A DNA stretch of 63,957 bases, the filler included, from Octopus bimaculoides (lineage: Eukaryota): assembly GCF_001194135.2 (NCBI RefSeq). It is 7 parts of 7 records of this genome, joined end to end, with 100 filler letters (N's around TTAATTAATTAA, not from the genome) between each part and the next. Parts side by side here need not be neighbours in the genome. Positions count along the whole stretch, not along the records: positions 1 to 10,888 come from NC_068985.1; positions 10,989 to 30,948 come from NC_068997.1; 5 more parts are not named here. One strand, 5' to 3'. Made by a program: the position numbers and the translations under genes. Below are positions 1-11,040 of the stretch, piece after piece. Position 1 is the first letter of the stretch. Each line of letters starts with the position of its first letter. A model generated the notes under the pieces. It saw only the letters and a list, made by a program, of their open reading frames with translations, was not told the origin of the DNA and did not search any database.

Positions 1-370
1 AGATTTACTAAACTGTCCTCAAACCATGACATCTTTAAATCAAATTCCCATTACTATAATGAAGCTTTATCAAGAGCGGGCTATGACCAAAAAATTTCTT
101 TCCTTATTCCTAAATCTATTAAATGTGATAGTAACAATAATGATAATAACACTAATAATGATAATCTAATTATCCTAAATAATGTTACCAATAATAAAAA
201 TTTAATTAACGTAAATAATGATAAGAAAAGACCTACTAATAATAACCTATCCTGCTCAAACAAGAGGAATAAAAATGTAATACAACCTGATAAATGCCTA
301 CACAACCATATTAACACCAATAAAATACCTAGCTTAAGAAATTATAATAAGGACCATAAAAATAAAAATA
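1..370 (+). mobile_element. Penelope-like element fragment (post-RT thumb/linker), continuing from upstream of the window
   Basis: Frame 1 reads RFTKLSSNHDIFKSNSHYYNEALSRAGY, resembling the PLE motif R.SKLSSNEEIF...YYN.AL..SGY, then an Asn-rich linker. The frame is open from 1 to about 432. Confidence 0.7.
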
Positions 371-1850
371 AGTTCCGCATTTTTGACGATAGTAAATATC
401 ATCAAATACGAAATAATTGTTCTGAAGTATAAATTTAAAGATTCAATAATAAAGACCTGATTTATGCGTTCCGGAAGTACATCGGGATACATTTCCAGCC
501 AGAATTTGATTGCTTTTATTCCATGTGGGATGTTGGTGTAAAGATTGATAACATCGAAGGAAACCAATAATTGCTCTTCATTAATTGTTTTTAGTATGTC
601 TAAATAGTCTCTAATGAAACTTTTGATTGTATTTCAGCAAGGGTTTCAGTAGGATGTCTAGAAAATTACTTAAGCGATGAGTTTCACAGGCTGGGCCAGC
701 TATAATGGGCCTTAACTTTAAGTCTTCTGACACATGTATATTTATGTATTTGCCTGGTGATTGTTTGCAGGCTTCATAAATGATCTTGCTCTTGTGTATT
801 TTGGGTAGGCCGTAAAAAAGACTAGGTTTACGTTTGAAGTTCGTGACGTAGTCTCTTTCTTTTTCTGTCAGGCCTTTTCCGTGTAGAAGTATTATGATGA
901 AAGATTTTTCATTGTTTTTTTTTGTTGTTTATAGTTTAAACTTTTTCGTAGAAGACATCGTTTTTTTTAGCATAGATAATACTAGGTTTTGGTAGTATTC
1001 TGTGTTCATCAGGACTATAGCACTTCCATTGTCTGCTTCTTTAATTGTCAGGTCTTTGTTGTTTTGTAGTTCAATTAGATTTTTTTTTTCATTCTAGATT
1101 GTTGAAGTTTGAATTAATTTTTCATTTATGGAAAGTATATTGGAAATGTTACATATGGTCGCAGAAGTCATCTAGTGTTTTATTCCTACCTTTAGGTGGA
1201 AGATAATTACTTGTTTTTAACCAGTGATTCATCTTAGTTGTTGTAGTCAGTTATTGCTTCTGTAACTCGTAGTTTTCTGCAGAATTACGAAATACTGTCT
1301 TTAATTTCATTATACTTAGATCTTCGTGGGGTTGGGGTAAAATTTAATCCTTTAGCTAGTATACTGATTTTTGTGGCAAAGAAAGTTTTCTTTGATAAAT
1401 CTATTACTTTTTGTTTCTCCTGTAAGTTTTGTTCCAACGCGTGTCTCTGTTCCTCTCCATTCGGTCTTTAAAAAAAATCAGTATTATAGCTAAAGGATTA
1501 AATTATGAAAAGTTATGTGCGGATTAGTAAGTTTATAGCTTTGAATGTTAGTAACGTCCAATTACCTTATAAATTATTGTTAAAAAACAAAAAAGGAAGA
1601 AACATTTAAACTAGTATTTAATTCGTGTTAGAATTATGTAGCTTCTTAAGGACGCGGTTTGAGGAAAGAAAAGGTATTTTATTTTGTGTGTTCATAGTCT
1701 TCCAATGACCTTCCATTTTTGTTGTAATCCGAAGCGTTTTCATTTCGTTCACAATTAAATGTGATTGACTATTAAATGTTTTTTTTTTTAATTGCATGTT
1801 GTACAAAGATGGCTTAGATATGATGTCCATGAATGTAAAGCTATCTAATG
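371..1850 (-). mobile_element. Penelope-like element, degenerate N-terminal region and RT (3'-truncated at RT motif KCGT)
   Basis: Minus-strand motifs in order: LAKGLNFTPTP (~1340), LQNNKDLTIKEADNGSAIVLM (~1040), FYGLPKIHK (~805), LRPIIAGP (~710), VSFDVINLYTNIP (~550), ILQNNYFVFDDIYYRQKCGT (~400). Frameshifts and stops are present. Confidence 0.9.
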
Positions 1851-3498
1851 TTGTTGTGTGTCAACGAGCACCACTGCTGCTTATTGAGATAGGTGCAAGA
1901 GGAGTTGACAGGAGAGTGGTGTATTTTTGAACCCAATATAACAGTTAGACTCGTGAAGTTCACAATTTTCACGTTGAAATCAGATAAAAAAAGAAAACAA
2001 GTCGAACATTACTAAAATGTTCATGGGCTTACATGCTTGTGCTCTGTTGTTGATAAGGTTTTAATTATAGTGTTTTGTATTATATTATTAGTGTTGGTTT
2101 ATGGATTAGTGTAATTATTGTGTTTTATTTCATGAGACATTTTATCCATGTCTTTCTCTGTTTTGTAGTTAATATATAGTAGACTCAAATAAAACCATTT
2201 ATATGCGGTTTGTGTATTTTTAATAGGCTTAGTGTATGAGGTATTTCTTGCTTTCTATTTATAGGTGTATTGTTTGATGGTTTATTCTTTTTGTTAGAAT
2301 ACCCGTTGTTGGTTAATTTTTTTTTTTCGGTGAATGTCTTTTTTCAGTGTTTCGTTTATAGATTAGGATTTTAACTATATTTTGCATCTGTGAACACATT
2401 CGCTATCTCTCTATAAATTAATGCATATAGTTTTGTTCATGATATAAATCAATATGATAAATCTGTTATGGTCCATCTGAATTTTCATATCTTTGAATGG
2501 TGACACGCATGGTATTGCTAGGATTTATATTTATACTTCTCTAAACAATGTATTTTCACGTGGAGTTGTTCCTTAATATCTAAATATCGTTTTCCGATAC
2601 GACGCGTATATTCATATACTGTCCACAAATTTTCTCTTACGTTTCTGACCAGTTATTAGCCCATCTTCTGTTAATACCTCGTAGAGCGTTATAGAAGTAG
2701 GTCCTATGGGAAAACCAATGGCTAATCCATCTTTTAGCGTTTCTGCTACTGGAAAGTTGGTAAAGTATGATTCAACTTTGTTAGTTTCTTTTAACATGTA
2801 TAGTTACTTTCTGAAGGCCATACACTGTATCTCTTTACAGTATATTGTTTGGTATTATTAACAAACTGTTTAAAGCGGAGAGCTGGCAGAATTTTTAGCA
2901 TGCCGGAAATAGCTGCATTTCGTCCGTCTTTTACGTTCTGAGTTCAAGTGTCACCAAGGTCGACTTTGCCTTTCATCGTTTCGGGATCGATAAAGTAAGT
3001 ACCAGTTTTGTACTGGGTCGATCTCGAAATTTCTGACCTTGTGCTAAAATTTAAAATTATTATCATTGCTATTATGGCGGTGGATTAAGGCGGAGAGCTG
3101 GCAGAGTCGTTAGTACGCCGGGGAAAATACCTATGGGCATTTCGTCTGTCTTTACGTTCTGAGTTCAAATTCCACCGAGGTCGACTTTGCTTTTCAACCA
3201 TTCGGTGTCGATAAATTAAGTAACAGTGGGGTCGATGTAATCGACTAGTCCACCCCCGCCAAATTTCAGGCCTTGTGCTTTCAAAGGAAAGGATTTTCAT
3301 GGAAGTGGACTGACAGTCCTCCAAAGATTCCTTGTTCCGGTTATATTCCGATTTCAAACCGCATTGAAATCATCTTTTCCTTTCATATTTTCGAGGTTGA
3401 TAAAATAAAGTACCAATGAAGCACTAAGATCGATCCAAGTGTTTTTTACCTAAACTATCAACCTTTCAACTAAATTAGAAACCGCCGCCATCACCACC

Positions 3499-3547
<49 letters not shown>

Positions 3548-3615
3548 AAGAAATAATGCTTATTCATACATCGCGATCCCAACTTCACCAGTCTAGCAAC
3601 TTTCACGTAACTTGT

Positions 3616-3772
3616 ATGCACAGTGGGTGGGTTCGTGTTTTTGTTTTATTTTCAAAACTATTTCGTTCTTTTTGAAAGTAGAATTTTATTTCAGAGTTGT
3701 ATTATGTTAATTATTCTATTATTAGAATTGTGAATGAAGGCAATGTATTGGAAGAATCGTTAGTGTCAGAGA
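3616..3772 (+). CDS. Possible upstream transglutaminase micro-exons 3616-3626 and 3726-3772 (MHSG IVNEGNVLEESLVSE)
   Basis: ATG CAC AGT GG|gtgggt; ttattag|A ATT...GAG A|gtaagt. Phases are compatible with the 4209 exon, but there is no homology support. Confidence 0.25.
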
Positions 3773-4208
3773 GTAAGTAGATCTAGCCGTATATTTGTGT
3801 TAGGTGCGAGTTCAAAACCGATTCGTTAAAGTAAAACAAAATGCTTTTCGTTATTTAAATTACGGCTCAGGGCGATCGGTCACCAGAAACCTTAAAGGCA
3901 GCGAGCTGGCAGAAACGTTAGCACGCCGGACGAAATGCTTAGCAGTATTTCGTCTGCCGCTACGTTCTGAGTTACGAGGGACGATATTCTAGGAGATGAA
4001 GGATTGTGCATTGCGTTTAGTTTGATGGCAACGAAGCTCAGCGCGCGCGCACACACAAACACATGTGATGATAACGTGATGTGATTTGTTGTTTTGTTTG
4101 TCTTAGGTTGCGCTTAACTATAGATGCCAAAATTATTTACTTACAACTAACTGCTATTGATATACATATATTGTTTATTTACCTGTGTTTTTTTCTTTAT
4201 TATTTTAG

Positions 4209-4436
4209 ATCCGGTTCCTGGCTGTTTGAAAGTTGAAGATGTTGACCTCAAAATTATTAAGAACACACGCAAGCATGAAACTGACGAGTATTCGATGACA
4301 TCAAATGTAAATGACTTGAACCAGAAACAAATCCCAAAACTCGTCTTGAGAAGAGGATTCTCATTCACTGTGGTGATTCGTTTCAACAAACCTTACAATG
4401 AGAAAACCGAAAAGGTTACTCTTCAATTTGCATACA
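4209..4436 (+). CDS. TGM: Transglutaminase exon (N-terminal beta-sandwich, [13 protein letters not shown]...LVLRRGFSF...TLQFAY)
   Basis: Acceptor ttattttag at 4208, donor A|GTAAGT at 4437; 228 nt, phase 1 to 1. Confidence 0.9.
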
Positions 4437-4667
4437 GTAAGTGACAAAAATTGTTATTATTGAGCTGGCAAAATCGTTATCACACTAGACAAAATACTCA
4501 GCGGTATTTCACCAGTCGCTACATTCTGAATTCAAATTCGACGGAGGTCGGCTTTGCCTTTCATCCTTTTAAGGGGTCGATAAATTAAGTACCAGTGAAA
4601 CACAAGGGTCAGTGTAATCGAGTTGTCCCCTCCCCAAAATGTCAGGACTTGTGCCTTTAGTAGAAAG

Positions 4668-4732
<65 letters not shown>

Positions 4733-5380
4733 AGGCTGCAAGCCGGCAGAATCGTTAGTACACCGGACGAAATGCTTTACGGTACTTTGTCTGTCTGCAC
4801 GTTCTGAGTTCAAATTCCGCCGAGGTCGACTTCCTTTCAGGGTCGATAAATTAAGTACCAGTTGAGTACTGAGGTCGAGGTGAGCGACTCTCCCCCTCTC
4901 CACAAAATCCAAGCCTTGTGCCTATAGTATAAAGGATTGACAATTGATCAAACCTCTCCCACCCTTTCTTCTGGACAAGTACAGCCTATCGGTGTCACTC
5001 TTAGGGTGGAAGGCTCCGTGTACTATCAATATTCTTCTTCTTATTATTATTATTATTATTATTATCATTATTATTATTATTATTCAGTAGTTTTATTTTT
5101 ATAACGTGCGTTCACTTCACTACCGAGCGCAGCTCTGTGTGCCTTGGGTATGTGCTGTGGTTTGCTGTGATGCTCTTATGGTTACTGTATTGAAAGTGTT
5201 TTGCGTAGGATGTGTGCAGTGCCCAGTAGTGCAATTTTCTGTATGTTATATATATTTTTAAGTCCTGGTGTTTTTGTTATGTATTTGTCTGAATATTTTT
5301 TTATTATACCTAAGACACCTACTATGATCGGAATTGTTTCTGTTTCTTTTTTAAATAATTATTATAATTATTATTATTAT

Positions 5381-5415
<35 letters not shown>

Positions 5416-8400
5416 GTAGCAGTAGTAGTAGTATTATTATTAGTCAAGACGAAGAGCGCGATTCGATTGTATAGATATTTTATTAGTTGAACAATATTTC
5501 AACAGTACGTCTGTCTTTGTCAAGTTCAAAATAAGAGGTGATTAAAATAACAGAAATTTAAACGTAAAGTATGAACGAGAGCAACCAGCGTTCATACGTT
5601 GATGGAATGACAGCATCAGTTTTTAAGTTTTATAACAGGCGGAAAGAAAAAGACATTATTATTATCAAGAACACCGCTGTGTTGCTGGAGACTTGGGCTT
5701 CGCCTTTCCTTGTACATATCCTGACAATAAGTAATATTAGATGATCTCAATGATTTTGATAAAGTGTCACCATTCTCAGCTTGATATAAGAATGGATGTC
5801 GCGATCATAAATGTTAAAAACCAAATCTAATTACCCACATTAGGCATGCTTGTCATATATGCCAAGATAAGAATCAATCACAAATTCCAATTTCAATATT
5901 ACGAGATGCCAATACTGGTTTGTGGATTTAAGTCTTTTGTATTCTCTTTCAGGAATACTCTTTATATTTTCCCGTGTCACTCACTTTAAATGTATTTATG
6001 ATATCTAATTTTTCAGGTGAACGTCCCAAAATTGTGAAAGGTTCTTTGGTGAGATTAGAACTGGCAGACACTTTCAAAGACGGGGAATGGGCCGCTGTGT
6101 TGAAGAATTCGAAGGATTCGGAAATAACGGTAGAAGTTCACACTCCTCCAGATACCTTTGTTGGAGTCTGGCGAATGAGGGTTAATATCAAGATTGATGA
6201 AAAGAAAATAACTCAAACAGCTCCCTATGAATTTTATATGCTGTTTAATCCCTTTCACAAACGTAAGCAAAGTTTTTTTCCTTGTTGACCTGACCTTTTA
6301 CAAATATTTCAACCAATCTTTCATGTTTCTTTCATGTTTCTAGGTCTATACGATCCCCTATATTCACACCATATTTCATATTTGCTATCATTCTGTCCAC
6401 TATTACTCAAACTTTCACGCCTACATCGCTCAGTCTGTTGATATTAACTGTATATTCCTATTCTTGTCTCTTAACTAATTTTCCTCTACTCAGTTTTATA
6501 TTCATTTATAACACTCGGGAAAATCGGGTTTAGACCTTAAAAGTTTGCCTCATCTCTTTTTCTGGTATTACAAATCTAAGCTTTCCAGTTCCACACTGTA
6601 CTGAATACCAGTTATATATCACTATAATGTAAAATCGGAGGATTGCCATCAGGAATACTAGTTCTAATGCAACAGTATCACTTCTATTATTTTAATTTTT
6701 GCCTTTGTTTACTCTTCGTTATTATTATTGTTAGCAAAAATTGGTTAATTAAATGGTTAAGCTACAGCTGTATAGATGTAAGTGTTTCTGTGTATATGTA
6801 CAAGTATATAAGTGCATATGTATAACTGCTGCTCTGGGGATGGCCACGGGAAGCAAGAGAACCCAGTCATGGATGTCAGACAATTTCTGCGACCACATCA
6901 GCCCTAAAATCTGGCCATCTAACTCCCCAGACTGCAGCCCCTTGATTATTGTGTGTGAGGTGCAGTTGAACAACAGACCAACAAAACTCCTTGTAACACC
7001 AAAGATGAACTGAAAGTAAGGATTATGGCAGCATTCACCACCTTAAACAAGGAGGACGTCTGAGATTCCAAAGTGGTCTGGAAGCCGTGGTTGAAGCTAA
7101 TGGCGATTTTTTTGGCTAAATTTTTTCTTTAGTATTTCAAGATATATTTATGTAATTTTGGTAAATATATCTGTTAAAATGAAAAGTCACTGTTATTTTC
7201 ATTTTTGCGCAATTTAGNNNNNNNNNNNNNNNNNNNNNNNNNNNNNNNNNNNNNNNNNNNNNNNNNNNNNNNNNNNNNNNNNNNNNNNNNNNNNNNNNNN
7301 NATATATATATATATATAATGCACAAACATATGTATATAATGTTACCACAGAGTACTGTTGTCAAACAAGCTGACTGTCCACTCAGCCATGCCAAACCAT
7401 CAGCGTCTAAACAGCCGTGTGAATTCATTTCGTTCCGTCTCCATTGTGGGTAGTAGCGTTGGTGTGGATAGGGTGGTAATCCTACTGGCCAAACTATATG
7501 TAATATTGTCGCAGTTTCTGAAATCTAACAATCTGTGTCTATCATGTAATGTACTTATTGGAATATATACCAATACTATTATGTTGCCATTTTCCCACGA
7601 TGCCTATTTAATGTACGTGTATTATTCTACTTCCAGATGACGATGTTTACATGTCTAATGAGGATGAACGTAAAGAATATGTCATGCGTGAAACAGGAAA
7701 GATTTATGTGGGTACTTCAAATCAGATCTACGGAAAAACTTGGAACTTTGGCCAGGTAAAAACACTTATGCAGAGAACTGGTTGGGTTAAATTACGGTTT
7801 TACATTGCAACAATGCAGCGAAAGCTGCATAGTTATGTATTACGCCAAGGCTAGAAGTTAATTTTATTATTTCAATGTAAGAAAGGCTCGAGCAGGCAGT
7901 ATCAGTAGAACTTCCCAATAAATGTATTGCGTTATATGTTCCGGTTGTATACATTCTGAGCTGGAATACTGCTTACCTCTACGTTACATTTTGTCCCCTC
8001 CCCTGTATCAATAAAGTTGAGTAGCGGTCAAGTTGAGTAGCAGTGCCGTTCAAGTCCCTCAAAATTGCTGACTTTGTGCCCAAATCAGAAACTATTATTT
8101 AGATATAAGAAAGGCAGTGACCTGGCAAAATCGTTAGAGCGTGGAGTAAATGTCTGGCGATATTTCTTACAGTTCTTTGCGTTCCGAGTTCAAATCTCAA
8201 CAAGGCTGACTTTGTCTTTCTTCTTTTTCTCTACTATGTCGATAAAGTTATATACCGGTCAAATACTGGGATCAATAGTATTGACTAGTCTCTTTCCTCA
8301 AAACTGCAGGTTTTGTATCTAAACTGGAAACCACAGGTATGGTAAGCCGCCAGTATCGTTAGAGTATCGTAAATTTGCTTTGCCGTATTTCTTTTGGCCC

Positions 8401-10182
8401 TTTACGTCCTGATTTAAACCTCACCGAGATGAATTTTGCCTTTCATCCCCACACCACCCCACCCCACCCCGGGGTCGATAAAATAAAGTACCAGTCAAGT
8501 ACTGCATCCCACTCACTTGAAAACTGATGTTCTTGTGCTTTTAGTAGTGACACTTACTTAGAAGTAAGCGTTTTGTGTTAGATTAAATATACAAAACTAA
8601 ATATAATTTTTTTTCTTTCGATTTCTATATTTTCCTGTAGTTCGGCGATGAAGTGTTGGATTGCGTTCTCTATCTTCTAGAGGAATCAGAACTTCCTCTT
8701 CACTCACGCAGAAATCCTGTGACAATCACACGAAAATTGACAGCGTTGGTGAGTACATAACTCTGGTTGTTCCCTTAATAATAATGTATGCGTATTTATA
8801 TAGTCATGTGTGTGCGTGTGTTTTAGTGTGCATGAGTATGTGTGTGTGTGTGTGTGTACAGTTGTGCGATTGTGCGTGTGTGTGTTTAAGATACACATAA
8901 AGCAAATGAGGACAAGGAGTTTATTAGCAGAGTATAACATATTTTTGTATGTTGTTAGCAACTTGATATCAAACTGTTACGCTCGCGACTATCAGGTCGT
9001 AGGTTTGATTCTCAAATCAATGAAACCTTGAACAATGTACTGCATTTCACATTGCTCCAGTATATTCAGCTGAATATGAGTACCATCAACTATAAAGGTC
9101 CCTGATACACATTTTCAGCTAAGTGTACTGATCCGTTCACGGAAGACAATCGAGGTTATTTTGTTTATTTTTTAACTTTCAGTCCGAATTCCTTGTAAGT
9201 GCGGATCGTACCGGCCTCATGGGCATTTACGATCAAAGTAAATAATTAAAAACTAAGCTGGAAGAATCCTGTTTTAAGATGAAATGCTTTACAGTATTTC
9301 TTTTGGATCTTCAGTTCTGAGATCAAATCCTGTCACAATAATCTCTACTTTTTAATCTCCACAGGGATCGATAAAATAACGTACCAGTCTTGTACTGTGG
9401 GTCGATGGTGTCGATGCACCCATATTTCTTTCAGATTCGTTAGTTTTGTACCTAAATTAGAAATCATTATTGGCTGAATGAAAGGAGACTAGCTAAAAGA
9501 ACGGTTAGAAAGTCAAGGAAAATACTTCGCGTATTTGTTTTGGTTGTTTACGTTCTGCCCTTCATCCTTACCGGGATCAATAAAATCAAGTATTAGCGAA
9601 GTAGTGAAATTGATTTAATGCACTCACCCGCTTCTTTGAAAATTACTTGGATCTAAATTTTAAATTATTATTATTAGCTGAATTCAAGGCGGCGAGCTAG
9701 CAGAATCGTTAGCACGCCGGAAAAATGTGCTTAGCAATATTTCGTCCGTCTTAACGTTTTGCATTCAAATTCCGCCGAGGTCAACTTCGCCTTTCATCAT
9801 TTCGGAGTCGATAAAATAAATATCAGTTGAACACTAGGGTCGACGTAATCGACTTACTCCATCCCCTGGTATTGCTGTCCTTGTGCCAATATTTGAAACC
9901 AATATTGGCTGTATTTAACAGTAAAATTTTACATTTCAGGTTTCGGAATGTGACTCACGAGAAAAAGTGTTATGCGTTGTAACAAGAATGTTTTATCTTT
10001 TGAACAGATTAATTCAGCTGATGACAACGGAGTTTTAATGGGCAACTGGTCAGGAAATTATACAGGTGGAACTTCTCCTCTGTCTTGGACAGGTAGTGTT
10101 GCGATCATTCAACAATACTTGAAGACCAAGAAACCAGTGAGATTTGGCCAGTGTTGGGTATTTTCTGGTGTTCTAACCACAG
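4209..10182 (+). CDS. TGM: Transglutaminase (protein-glutamine gamma-glutamyltransferase, invertebrate hemocyte/annulin-like), partial: five exons, about 292 codons
   Basis: Five AG/GT-bounded exons splice in frame (phases 1-1-1-0-0-1). They give N-domain [18 protein letters not shown]...ERKEYV, WNFGQF and GNWSGNY...[12 protein letters not shown], the family active-site motif. The specific paralog cannot be assigned. Confidence 0.96.
4461..4940 (+). mobile_element. Two head-to-tail SINE family A copies separated by an (ATT)n tail
   Basis: Pol III A/B-box-like heads at ~4461 and ~4732; (ATT)n at 4670-4731. Confidence 0.85.
5040..5347 (-). mobile_element. 3' end of an R4/Dong-like (restriction-like endonuclease) non-LTR retrotransposon with (TAA)n tail, antisense in a TGase intron
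   Basis: Minus strand reads [27 protein letters not shown]...[20 protein letters not shown] (stop 5184-5182), then a 3' UTR and (TAA)n at 5084-5040. Confidence 0.85.
6017..6262 (+). CDS. TGM: Transglutaminase exon (ERPKIVKGS...[12 protein letters not shown]...YMLFNPFHK)
   Basis: Acceptor tttttcag at 6016, donor C|GTAAGC at 6263; 246 nt, phase 1 to 1. Confidence 0.93.
6843..7217 (+). mobile_element. Tc1/mariner-superfamily (maT/DD37D-like) transposase C-terminal relic in a TGase intron
   Basis: [30 protein letters not shown]..., then [23 protein letters not shown] and [11 protein letters not shown] after frameshifts. Confidence 0.8.
7637..7755 (+). CDS. TGM: Transglutaminase exon ([25 protein letters not shown]...WNFGQ)
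   Basis: Acceptor cttccag at 7636, donor CAG|GTAAAA at 7756; 119 nt, phase 1 to 0. Confidence 0.95.
8641..8748 (+). CDS. TGM: Transglutaminase exon ([13 protein letters not shown]...[14 protein letters not shown]); absent from the ORF track in this frame
   Basis: Acceptor tttcctgtag at 8640, donor TTG|GTGAGT at 8749; 108 nt, phase 0 to 0; continues WNFGQ|F. Confidence 0.93.
9686..9905 (+). mobile_element. SINE family A, well-conserved copy
   Basis: AAGGCGGCGAGCTAGCAGAATCGTTAG head, TTCAAATTCCGCCGAGG B-box region, GGTCGACGTAATCGAC body. Confidence 0.85.
10008..10182 (+). CDS. TGM: Transglutaminase catalytic-core exon with active-site Cys ([14 protein letters not shown]...[12 protein letters not shown])
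   Basis: Acceptor ttttgaacag at 10007, donor G|GTTGGT at 10183; Cys codon TGT at 10152-10154. Confidence 0.96.
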
Positions 10183-10837
10183 GTTGGTAATATTTGAGTT
10201 TTGGCTAACCACAAAGTCAATATTTGTAAGGGAAGACGATAGTTACATGACGTAAGTTATCAATATATCCAAATGCACAGAAAATTATAGAATTAACTAG
10301 AAGTGAATATGAGAGCGAAAGCGATATTAAGGAAGGGTAGAGGTGACAGAATTGCTCGTGTCTGGAAAATGCTTTGCATTATTTGTTCCTGCTCTTTACC
10401 TTCTGAGTTCAAACTTTGTCAAGTTAACTTTGTCTTTCATAATTTTGAGACTGACAAAGCTCAGTACCTGTCAATGTTTGCTCTATTCTCTCAGGGATAC
10501 CATCTCTTAGGAATGTGCAGTAGTTAAAACCACAGTATGTACCGCTGTAAACTGCCCTTCAGCGATATATTTGTTGAATATGATACACAGATGGCCATTT
10601 TAATTCAGCACTACTTCTATTGCATATGAAAGATTTTTTACTTAACCAGGTGATTGTTCTCTATACCAACGAATGTTTTACTCACTGTTTCCAATATATC
10701 GGTGGCAACAAATGTAATCTAACATTGTCACGCTATTGATTAAGCCCAACGAAGTGAAAATGCATATGGCGTTCTATTATGTGTGTTTATGTATATGTAT
10801 ATGTGTATATATGTGTGTGTGTGTGTGTATTTGTGCG

Positions 10838-10873
<36 letters not shown>

Positions 10874-10888
10874 AATATATATATATAT

Positions 10889-10988
10889 NNNNNNNNNNNN
10901 NNNNNNNNNNNNNNNNNNNNNNNNNNNNNNNNTTAATTAATTAANNNNNNNNNNNNNNNNNNNNNNNNNNNNNNNNNNNNNNNNNNNN
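10889..10988. other. Synthetic scaffolding join (44 N + TTAATTAATTAA + 44 N)
   Basis: Exactly 100 bp; the 12-mer at 10933-10944 has stops in all six frames; identical structure at five other sites. Confidence 0.95.

Positions 10989-11040
<52 letters not shown>

Larger units (their letters stand above)
2872..10500 (+). repeat. Cluster of about 12 copies of one tRNA-headed SINE family (family A), all on the plus strand
   Basis: Shared consensus GGCGGAGAGCTGGCAGAATCGTTAG...GAGTTCAAATTCC...GGTCGATAAATTAAGTACC...CCTTGTGCC plus (ATT)n. Copies start near 2872, 3087, 3894, 4461, 4732, 7881, 8110, 8335, 9255, 9478, 9686 and 10340. Confidence 0.85.

Noticed and set aside
3087-3170. tRNA genes suggested by A/B boxes
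   Set aside because: These are SINE heads; there is no complete cloverleaf and each continues into a shared SINE body.
4157-4208. Hydrophobic signal-peptide-like N-terminus MIYIYCLFTCVFFFIIL of ORF 4157-4444
   Set aside because: It is the intronic polypyrimidine tract before the AG at 4207-4208, starting from a non-ATG codon.
10933-10944. TTAATTAATTAA as a biological motif
   Set aside because: Always centred in exactly 88 N; an assembly spacer.
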